Assembly (NCBI GenBank): GCA_038087875.1
Contig: CM075979.1
Location: 21,762,001-21,826,000, forward strand
Origin: Malacoraja senta
Taxonomy: Eukaryota
Direction: 5' to 3'
DNA: 64,000 nt
Both the position numbers and the translations under genes were made by a program. Below, in pieces: positions 32,201 through 44,200 of the stretch. Under the pieces are notes generated by a model that had not been told where the DNA came from, made no database searches, and saw only the letters and a list, made by a program, of their open reading frames with translations. Positions within the stretch are counted from its first letter, which is position 1. Each line of letters begins with the position of its first letter.

Positions 32201-35200
32201 TTGCCTTCACTGGTCGGGGAATGGCGTATAAGAGTCAGGATTTATAGGACTTTGGTTAGGCCACATTTAGAGTATTGCATGTGATTCTGATTGCCCATTA
32301 CCGGAAGGATGTGGAGGCTTAGGCAAGGGTGCAGAAAAGGTTCACCAAAATATTGCCTGGATTAGAGGGTTTTAGCTGCAAGGAGAGATGGGATAGACTT
32401 GGATTGTTTTCTCTAGAATCACCAGAAGATACGGGAGGCCGGATAGAGGTATATAAAATTATAGAAAGGATAGACAGTTGGAACCTCTTTCCCTGGATGG
32501 AAATGTCAAAGACTAGAGGGCAGAGATTTAAGGTGAAAGGGACAAAGTTTTAAATATATACGCAGGGCCAGTTTATTTTACACAGTTTATTATGGGTACC
32601 TGGAACCTGCTGCCAGGGATGGTGGTGGAGGCAGAAACGATAATTTTTATTTTAGAGATTTTTAGATAGGCACATAGACATGCAGTGAATGGAGGGATAT
32701 GGATCATGTGCAAGCAGAAGAGATTAGTTTAACAACATTATGATGGGCACAGACTTTGTGGGTCAAAGGCCTGTTCCTGTGCTATGCTGTTCTATGACTA
32801 TAAGTATTGGTTTAATTTGATATTCATCAGTCAGAAATGCTGATACCTCTATATAAGAATTCATATCCTCCATGCACTTAGTGCCATGAAATTGTAGGTG
32901 CAGTTTGATACAAATGTTTGTATTCATTAAACATTATCTTCTAACTTCAGAATGGCAGGCAGTGACTAGTGGGGACCGCAAGGCTCGGTGCTGGGACTGC
33001 AGCTATTTACAATATACATCAATGATTTGGATGAAGGGATTTAAAGTAACATTAGCAAATTTGCAGATGACACAAAGCTGGGTGGCAGTGTGAACTGTGA
33101 GGAGGATGCTATGAGAATGCAGGGTGACTTGGACAGGTTGGGGGAGTGGGCAGATGCATGGCAGATGAAGTTTAATGTGGATAAATGTGAGGTTATCCAC
33201 TTTGGTATCAAAAACAGGAAGGCAGATTACTATCTAAATGGCGTCAAGTTGGGAAAAGGGGAAGTACAACGGGATCTGGGGGGTCCTTGTTCATCAGTCT
33301 ATGAAAGTAAGCATGCAGGTACAGCAGGCAGTGAAGAAAGCGAATGGCATGTTGGCCTTTATAACAAGAGGAGTATAGTATAGGAGCAAAGGGGTCCTTC
33401 TGCAGTTGTACAGGGCCCTAGTGAGACCACACCTGGAGTATTGTGTGCAGTTTTGGTCCCCTAATTTGAGGAAGGACATTCTTGCTATTGAGGGAGTGCA
33501 GCGTAGGTTCACTAGGTTAATTCCCGGATGGCGGGACTGTCATATGCTGGGAGAATGGAGAGGCTGGGCTTGTACACTCGAGTTTAGAAGGATGAGAGGG
33601 GATCTTATTGATTGTTAAGGGTTTGGACACGCGAGAGGCAGGAAACATGTTCCCGATGTTGGGGGAATCCAGAACCAGGGGCCACAGTTTAAGAATACGG
33701 GAAAAGCCATTTAGAACGGAGACAAGGAAACACTTTTTCTCACAGAGAGTTGTGAGTCTGTGGAATTCTCTGCCTCAGAGGGTGGTGGAGGCCGATTCTC
33801 TGGATACTTTCAAGAGAGAGCTAGATAGGGCTCTTAAATATAGTGGAGTCAGGGGATATGGGGAGAAGGCAGGAACGGGGTACTGATTGGGGATGATCAG
33901 CCATGATCACATTGAATGGCGGTGCTGGCTCGAAGGGCCGAATGGCCTACTCCTGCACCTATTGTCTATTGTCTAACTCATGATAGTTGTGAATTTTAAC
34001 ATTGAAGCAGTTCACTTGCCTTTGATCTAATTCAATATCCTTATTGGTCTGAAGTGATCTGTTATTAAGAAATGTTGGGCTAATCTAGATGGCGGACCTG
34101 AAATGGAAATAAAATAAAATAAGAGGATTTCACAATCAAATCTGAGCCTTCACTACATAGAACATAGAACAGTACAGGAACAGGCCCTTCAGCCCATAAT
34201 GCCCGTACAGAACAAGATGTCAGGTTAAACTACTCTCCTTTGCTTGCGTATGAGCCATAATCCCTTCACTAAAACTTGATCATTCCAACTGATAGGAATT
34301 TTCAGGAAAAGACAAAGCTAATTTGCACAAATGCACCGAGTCTTTGGCCCAGAGTAGGGGAATTGAGAAACAAGAGGACATAGTATTAAGGTGAGGGGGA
34401 AAGATTTAATAGGGACCTGAGGGGCAAAATCTTTGCACAGAGAGCTGCCGGAGAAGGCAGTTGAAGCAGGTATTACGACAATGTTTAAGAATCATTTAGA
34501 GAGGTACATGGATAGGTTTAGAAGGATATGGGCAAAAAGCAGGCAGGTGGGACTAGTGTAGATGGGGCATGTTGATTGGCGTGGGCAAGTTGGGCCGAAG
34601 GGCCAGTTTCCACGCTGACTATGACTCTATATTTGGAATAATCCATCTTTAAATTTCTAATTTTCCTTCATTTATTCTCAGTTCCACCCAATGTATGTGA
34701 TCTTCAGATGCCTGCTCGATTTATCCATCAACAACCTGCAGAGATTACCTGTCACGTGTCTGGATTCCGACCTGATGTCATTTCTGTTGGCTGGTATTTG
34801 AGGAGAAGGAATGATGCTGAGGAGACCTTCATTGGTGAAAGCAAAAGGGAGCAGTGGATTATAAGGTTTGGCAAAGCAAAGGAGATAGCAGAAATAGGAA
34901 AGAGGAATTCAACTGACGTTAATTGGAAAGTCAGACAAAGTAGTTTTGTCCAACATGATGATGGAACACAGAGCTTTTCCAGCACTCTTGAGATTTGTCC
35001 TGACTTAATGGAGGACAATAAAGCAGAAATCATATGTAGAGTGTCGTATCCAACTGGAACTCGGGAGAAACGCACCTGTTTACAAGTTGATGGAAGTAAG
35101 CATTTTACAGATATGAAGTCATTGCGTAGAAACAAGAAACTGCAATTGCTGGTTACAAAAAAAAAGGACATAAAGTACTAGACTAACTCAGCGGGCTGGG

Positions 35201-38200
35201 AAGTGTTTCTGATGTTTAGAGTAAGGACCCTTCTTCCATCAGGAAGCTTTCTGACCCAAAACGAATGAAGAAGTGTCCCGACCTGAAACGTTTCCTACCC
35301 ATTTTGGAAATAGGGTCCCGACCAGAAAGATTGGAAGGGTTCCATCCTGAAACAACACCTATCCTTGGCTGAAGAAGGGTTCCGTCCCGAAATATTATTT
35401 ATCCATGTTCTCCAAAGATGCTGCCTGACCCGCTGAGTTACTCCAGCACTTTGTCTCCTTTTGTTTTAAGTCAGTGTCGGGAGACAACAGTATTGCGGAC
35501 TCTTCTTCAATTTATCCAAGTTGTAGATCACCCATATGGTTTCTTGATTCATTAATTTCTGATTGTATGTCCTAGAATTTACAGTCTTTAAATTTATAGA
35601 ACGGAGGTCCTTTACTTTTCACAGAGTTTGTGATTATTCACTGTGAACAGCAAACTATGCAAAAAACATTTGGAAAATGCTACCTTCGCAGTTAAAGTGA
35701 TGCATCGTGAGTTATGTAATAGTTCTGCATTATTTGCCTTCGTCTTATAGATGGTTTTAAGTACATCCACTGCAATAAGATAATTTATTGAAAAGCTTTC
35801 TTTAGGGGCAATTGTAGCTAATAGTTACTGGTATGGGATCAAAGATGTGGGACTAAAAGATGTGTAAGTAAAACAGAAGGCACCATAAGTTTAAATACTT
35901 CAGTATTTAAAAATGCACCTGGGACCACGTCTGTAGTGTCTGGAGGACTGGGGAGGAATTGTAGCAGTGTACTGGAAAGGATTTGTGGACTGGGAATCCC
36001 CTTGAAAAATAGTTGTTGGGACAAGATCAGTTTGAAACTGTTAAACACTGAGATTAATAGATTTTTGTTAGGATATTTACATGGATGGCATCTTTTACAA
36101 TTTTTGGGAAACTCCACGGCATTTTACAGGCAGGGAAAAACTTTTGAGATTTAGTTATAAAGTTGGAAACAGTTTATGGCAAGAAGGTACATTAATGGAT
36201 AAGATAAAGCCAAAAATTGGTTGAATGTTGGGATTTCCTTGTTTGCTGAATGGCAAATCTTATGCCCAAATTCCCAACTGCCTTTGATAAGATTATCTTT
36301 CTCTAAATTTGCCTTGAAACAGCACTATCGAGTCTGAAATTTACTGTGTGAATGAGAAATTAAGGATACAGCATGAGTATGGGAAGAAAATGGGATAGGG
36401 AGTAGATAGGTTTAGGCTTATTGTCAGGTGTACCGAGGTACAGTGAAAAGCTTTGTTTTGCATGCTGTCCAATCAGTTCATATAATAATGCACATAAATA
36501 CAATCAATTCAAACTCAAGAACAATAGGTAGAGCAAAGGGGAAGATACAGAGTGCAGAATATAGTTCTCTGCATTGTAGCGCATCTGTTCCATAGACAAA
36601 GTCCAATGTCCGCTATAGAGTAGAGGTGAATCGGACAGTATCCTAGCTTGTGGAAGAACCATTCTGAAGCCTGATAACAGAGGGGTAGAAGCCGTTCCTG
36701 AGTCTGGTGGTGTGCGCTTTCAAGCTTCTGTACCATGAGAAGAAGGAATGACCTGCATGGGACAAGTCTTTGATTATGTCAGCTGCTTTCCTGAGTCGGC
36801 ATGAAGTGCAGCTGGAGACACTGGTGGGTAATCTGGTTTGTGTGATGGACTGGGCTGCATCTACAGAAATTAAAATGTTACAAGCCTAATTGGCACAAGT
36901 TTATTGCTGAATTGTAAATGACCTTTGCACTGCTATATGAAAGACGCACAGCATCTTTTCCTTAAGATTGTGAATGTTAAGCTGATTTTACTTTGTTTTT
37001 TTCTCCTTAGTTGCTCCTAAGTTGGGGAACATAATCACACCTCATGTTGTGCGTCACAACACTTCAGTGATGCTGACTTGTCCAATAAGTTTTTTCATGC
37101 CACGTCGGTTAACAATCAGTTGGTATGAAAGAATACATGGGGTAAAATCTCTTTTGCTGGACCACACCGAGGAAAATGAGGCAGAAAGCACGGTGGGCCG
37201 GTATTCCCACTGTCTGCGTGAGTTTACCTATCCAGACCACACTTACAGCGTCCACAGCATGCTTACTTTCATTGCTTCAATTCAAGAAAATAATGGAAAA
37301 GAATATTTATGTGAAGTGAATCACGTTACCTTGAAACAACAAGCCGAGAAACAGGTTAAGCTGGAAGTGAAAGGTAACTCAAACTTAAAGTCTTTGATTG
37401 CGCATTCACCATCAAACGTAGCCATTATTATGAAATATTTGCCAGAGGCATTAAAATGGCCTTCCACCATTCATGGGGGAGAAGGCAGGAGAATGGAGTT
37501 GAGAGGGAAAGACAGATCAGCCATGATTGAATGGTGGAGTAGACTCGATGGGCCAAATGGCCCAATTCTGCTCCTATGACTTTATACCTAGTGTGGAAAT
37601 GTCATCCCTCAGCTTCCCATTAAATCTTTCCCCTCTCACCTTAAACCTATGTCCTCTGCTTCATACACACCTCGAGGGCCTTTCTCCACCTCCCCCAGTC
37701 CTCAGCGACCACTTCTCAGTCAGCAGTGCCAATGTTTTAACATCATGACTATATTTTGTGTTTACAAATGTAGTAAAATTCTATTTTATGATTTGCAGCA
37801 TTTCCTTCACTTGATACCATCCGGAGCGAACCAGTGAATCCAGAAATTGACAAAGAAATGACTCTCTCCTGCAAAGTGCACTCGTTTTATCCTAAAGAGA
37901 TTTCTGTCCAATGGGTCAAAGATAAGAAAGCCATAAAAGGGATTGAAACATCTGAAATAATCGAGAATCAGGAGAAATTGTATGAATTCACCACGACTTG
38001 CACCATAATTCCAACGTTATCAGACAGAAAGAGTAAATATCAATGCTTGGTCACACATGAGAGCCTTCCCAAGCCAAAGTTTGCGGAATATGTTCCAGAG
38101 AATTTGGGTATGCTTCCTCTCTTTTCAAAGATTATTTCTGCTATTTAGACAATAAGGACATTTTTTGTTCCTCATTAAATTGTGTTCTAATTTCATTATA

Positions 38201-41200
38201 TTATCTTGTCAGCTTTCTGTCATATCATTACTTTTACCTGTACATTTGCTTCTGGTTGGCAAAAAGATTATTGAGTAAATGCTGTAATTCCTCATGCTCG
38301 AGAACTTAGAACAGTATTAAGTATTCACTTTATTGTCATTTCACTGAGTACTTGCATACACAGAAGAAACAAAAAATTGTTTCTCATCAGTTTTGTCATC
38401 AGTGCAATTAATAAAAACAGAAATAAATACTTACAAGTTAAAAATTATCATCTCTAAAATAGAACTAAAACAGACATTCAGGCAGAACAATCGATCCCTA
38501 ACATAGGAACAATTTAAAGCGCTGTTCAGTGGCTTCACCTTGACAGGTGACTAGCTGGGAGGGGGGGGGGGGGGTTAGATGTGGGTGTGTATGGGGAGGG
38601 GACACAGTTCCATACATTCAACATAGAACAGTATAGTGTGTAGGAAGGAACTGCAGATGCTGGTTTATAACAAAGATAGACACAAAATGTTGGAATAACT
38701 TAGCAGGTCAAGCAGCATCACTGAAGAAAAAGAATAGGTGACGTTTCGGGTTCGACGAAGAGTTCCGACCCGGAACGTCACCTATTCTTTTTCTCCAGAG
38801 ATCCTGATCCGCTGAGTTATTGTTTTAGAACAGTTCAGCACAGCAACAGGACCTTCGGCCCACAATGTCAGTGCTAAACGTTTAGTCTTTAAAGGTACAG
38901 CATGGAAACAGGCCCTTCGGCCCACCAAGTCTGCGCCAACCAGCGTTCACCCCCATAAACTAACACTATCCTACACACTGGGGACAATTTACAATTTACA
39001 GAAGACATTTAACGTGCAAACCTGTACGTCTTTGGATAGTGTGAAGAAATGGAGCACCCATTTTGCCCCCCTCACAGAACTATGTCCTCTGGATCTTGAT
39101 TCTCCTACCCTGGCTAAACGACTGTGCATTTATCCTATCTATTCCTCTCATGATCTTATACACCTCTATAAGATCACCCATCAACCTCATGTACTCCAAG
39201 GAATAAAGTCCTAGCCTGCCCAACCTCTCTCTATAGCTCAGGCCCTCGTGTCCTGGGCTAGAATCTTCTTCGTATATACTCTTCGTAAATCTTCTCCGCA
39301 CCCTTTCCAGCTTTCCAGTTGTTATTTCTAGTCAACTTACAAACACTGATTACATCCTCATTGTACAAAAACGTTTCTGGAACATTACCTAAAACAATGT
39401 TTTAAGATGCAGTTCAGCTTTTCTTATTCCTCTTTCTTAGTATCTTCTCCCAAAGTAAAAGAAATTACTTGTGATCCTCCGAACCCTGAAGTCGGGAAGA
39501 CAATGACTTTGTCCTGTGAAATAATGGACTTTTATCCAGCGAATATTCAAATTGACTGGTTTAGGGATGAAGTGAGAATAAATGAAAATACAAAATATGG
39601 AATCGCTAACGAAGAATTGATGAATGAACACAGTCTCTACAGCAAAGTCACCAAATTAACCTTGAGTCCAAGCACTTATGATCATCAACATGAATACAAG
39701 GTTGAAGTTTATCATTCAAAATCTTCCACCAAACCTCAGAAGCAATGCTTCCACTTACTTCTTAAAGGTGAGTTAAGGTTCTCTTTATCAAGCTGTGGTA
39801 AAATGAATTCCAGCTGTTATTTGGAAATCATAATCAGCCAGAGCTGATTCCAAGACCTGAAAAAGTTAATTGAGAGTTATTTTGAGTGTAATAACATCAT
39901 ACTGGTGTCTTAGAAAACGGCCCTTATGGTGTTTTCCCATAATAGATTTTGTTTTTCTTTCCTCATAAATTGCATGAGAGCAAGTTTTATTCCATTTTAG
40001 CGATTTTGGGTAGTGATTTATGAATTTTGTAAAGGTGAATTACAGAATTCACACAAAAGGCCGTAACGTTGGACTTTGCTATAATTTTCTAATATTGTAT
40101 TCTTTTAAATTTCTATTGTTTTGAAAAGGAATAATTCAATTTTTGGGCAGTACAGTGGCGTAGCTGCTAGAGCTGCTGCCTCACAGGGCCAGAGACCCAG
40201 CTTTAATCCTGACCTCGGGTACTGGCTACGTGTGGAGTTTGCAGGTTCTCCGTGACTGTCGATTTTGTATGGGTGCCCCTTTTACCTCCCGCATCCCAAA
40301 GACATGCAGATTTGTAGGTTACATGGCCGCTGTAAATTGCCCCCATGTGTAGGGAGACTATGAGAAAGTGGGATAACATAGAACTTGTGTGAACGGGTGA
40401 TTCATGGTCGGTGTGGATTCGGTTGGCTGAAGGACCTGTATCTCTAAAGTAAACTAAACTTCCCAAACCTCCACCACCTAGAATGACAACACTGGGGGTG
40501 TGGGAGCAAATGGAATTCATCTGACTTGGATATGTTACATAGGGTCATAGAGTGAAACAGTGTGGAAACAGGCCCTTCAGCCCAACTTGCCCACACCGGC
40601 CAACATGTCCCAGCTACACGAGTCCCACCTGCCTTGCGCTTGGTCCATATCCCTCCAAACCTATCCTATCCATGTACCTGTCTAAGTTTCTTAAACGTTG
40701 GGATATTCCCAGCCTCAACTACCTCCTCTGGCAGCTTGTTCCAAACACCCACCACTCTTTGTGTGGAAAAGTTACCCCTCAGATTCCTATTAAATCTTTT
40801 CCCCTTCACCTTGAACCTATGTCCTCTAAGTCTTGCAATTCTTTTATTGGAATGAGTTTGCCACCCACTTGAGACCCACTTGTGCAGAGAGGGCAGTGTG
40901 TTTCATTCTGCACATAGGTCTCACCAATGCTTTTTTATATACAAAAGGGTTCTGGTACACATATTGCTCCTTGCTTTTGGTGTCAAAAGCAGATTATCGT
41001 CCTATATGCTGATTAAGAGACTGACCGACTAATGTTATTAATTTGATTCTTTAAACTTTTGTAATTTTTTTGTAATATAAAAAATGTTAAAATGTAGTTT
41101 TAAACTCTTTAGAGGAGCTGGTACTCCACGCTGTACCGTAGAGAAATGCGGGCAAACGTGACTAGCTGAAGGGCCTGTTTCCATGCTGTACAGTACTTTG

Positions 41201-44200
41201 ACTATGATTAAATGGTGGAGGAGTGACAACTTTGTAAAAATGACTGTGAATGGTTATCCACTTTATCCATGCCCCCTCGTCATCTTGTACTGTTACAGAT
41301 CTCAGCATTGCTTCCTGATTTCTTGGATCCAGGAAATCTTTTTTTTACCCCTTCAAAAAGGAGCTTTTATTATATACTAGACTAAGTGGGACACGTTGGG
41401 TCCCAGCATCACACGGGAGGGCTGGTCACCAACGCAATATTCCACCTCTCCACTAATTCCAATATTGCTCGCCAGTGGGGGGGCCTTTCTGTTGCGCTAG
41501 TATAGGTGTTGCGGGCCGAAGGTACTGGTTTCCAGAGGGCTAGTATAGACATTGTGGGCCAAATGGAGTCTTGGGCTGGCAGCCAACTGTTGCAACGATT
41601 TTAAAAGCCAAGCCAAGGCAAACAATTGGGCTGCAGCCACCTGACAACCAAAATTCATTTTGTGAACACAAATTTTTTTAAAAAGCGAGGCAAACAATTG
41701 GGCTGCAGCCACCTGACAACCAAAATTCATTTTGTGAACACAAACTTTAAAAAAAAAGGCGAGGCAAACAATTGGGCTGCAGCCACCTGACAACCAAAAT
41801 TCATTTTGTGAACACAAACTTTAAAAAAAGGCGAGGCAAACAATTGGGCTGCAGCCACATGACAACCAAAATTCATTTTGTGAACACAAACTTTTTAAAA
41901 AGGTGAGGCAAACAATTGGGCAGCAGCCGCTTCGAGGGGACTCACCGTGGAGTAGATGTGCGTTCAGTGTTATTCGCAGCTCAGAGAGCCGCGACCCTCT
42001 CGCTTCCTGGGCCTGGCAGAGACTGAGTGAGGCACTACACTTCTGTTTTTTATAGTCCCTCCCCCCTGCCGCCAGCAGGGGCAGCAGAGAGAATGGGGAA
42101 TTTTTTCAAAACATTAATATCTCTCTGATTTTTAATCGATGGGAAAAATCCTCTGGTCACGGAAGGCGGAGGGGGGCTCTGAGTGAGGTGGCCAAAAATG
42201 ACGGCCGTAGGTAGCGGCGTTCTCTCGGAAATCGCAGCACAGTGGGCCAAAAGCGGTTAAGATCAGACTTTTAGTAATATAGATTCACAGTTTACAAAGT
42301 ATTGCGTCATTCAAAACTGCTGCTCATTCAGTTTGCAACACTGACCAGCAAATTACGACATCATCAACCCTATCCACGATGCACTCGAGCCTCCCAGGAC
42401 ATCTTGGCAGCTAGTGACAGCTTGGTGGATGTAGAGCACCTTTAAATTTGTTTGAAATATGTAAGGGTTATAAAGAGGCTTTAAATATATACGTAAATGA
42501 CTTAAACAAATATTATTAACACATTAAAACTCTAACAAATAATTAACACTAAAATGAAAATGGTGAATTCACCTATTTCCACTGGATAATCCCTTTCAAT
42601 TGAATGGGACAGTCATTCACGTTAGTTTTTCTAGCAAACCTGAGGATGAAATACAAAGTGGATTGGACCTATCTTGTCACACATCCACCGTTTAGTCAGA
42701 GTCGTAGAGTTGGCAAGCATAGAAATGGGTCCTTCGGCCTGCCTTGTCCATGCTGACTAAATTGGCAGTCTGGGAAAATCCCATTTTCCTGCATTTGGTT
42801 CATAGCCCTCTGAACATTTTTCTCTCCATACATCTGTCCAATGTCTTTTAAAAGTTATAATTACATCCGCTTCTATAGCTTCCTCTGGCAGCTCATTCCA
42901 GGTACGGTCAACCCTCTGAGTGAAAAAAATGGTCATCCCTTTAAGCCTAACCTGGGTGCCTGGAATGCAGTGGGGGTGCTGGGGTGGTGGTGGGCAGTGG
43001 AAATAATGGCGTTTAAGAGGCTTTTAAATAGGGACATGGATATACAGGGAGTGGAAGGATCACGTGCAGGCAGATAAGAATTTGTCTTGGTATCATGATT
43101 GGCACAGACATTTGTTGGCCGAAGGGCCTGTTCCTGTGCTGTACTATTCTATGTTTCAAATGTATTTTCTTTTCAATATAGGCTCACCAACATTTTCAGA
43201 CTTCAAAATGGTGCCAGAGATCCCATGGTTTGGTGAATATTTATCCATGTCTTATTCCATACGTGGCCTCTCAAGAAAGGATTTCATTTTTGAATGGTAT
43301 AGAGGATCTGAGCCAGTGAAAAGTGGAGTAACTAATTCAGATTTTGTGTGTATCTCTGACAACAATTACAATGTAGAGAGTTGCCTTACATTTTTAGTAA
43401 CCGCGGAAGATTTTGAAAGAGAGTTAATCTTTCTGTGTAAAGACCGTTATAATATTGAAGTATTCAAAAGGCGTATTCAACTGCCCCTAAAAGGTGAGTG
43501 TGTTGTGAAAATGATTTGTTTAACTATATTTTGATAAGTTATTATTCTAAATTTGTATATAACCAACATTGAAGACAGTAAAGGTTTTACAATGAGTGCA
43601 GAAGAATGGCTTTTGTTGTTGACACAAACACCCTTTTATCTACTTTCCATCTCTGGCCTTTGTCCACCCATCTGCCAATGAAAAACTCTCACCTGAATGA
43701 ATCTACCTATCATTTGCAAGGCTTTGTCCCACGCATCTCTTGTCCAGCTTTTACTATCCCTGCTAAAATCAGTATGAAGAAAGTCCCAAACTAAAACATT
43801 GCTTATCCATGTCTTCCATAGATGCAGCCTGACACGCTGTTACTCCAGCACTTTGTAGTTTTGTTTAGCTTTTGTTGTTCATCGCCTTAAGGGCCTGTCC
43901 CACTTGGGCATCATTTGCGCGTCACGCAGATGGCGCGCGAAGATTTTGTGAATCCCAAAATCCTGGGGCACCACGCGCGACCGTGCGTCACTGCCTACGC
44001 CACCACGTCTCACCGCGCGCCATGCGCGCGTTACGTGCATGTCAAGACGCGGACGTGATGCGTGAATGATGTCGCGTCGTGACGCGTAAATGATGTCGCG
44101 TAAATGACGCGCAAATAACGCCCAAGTGGGACAGGCCCTTTACACAGGTTTATAGTCAAAACTTCTTATTTTTGGGTGATTAGTCTAGTTTAGTTTAGAG

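Noticed and set aside
41615-41930. Regular direct repeats resembling a CRISPR array
   Set aside because: Units are head-to-tail with no unique spacers, inside a Helitron in a vertebrate genome.
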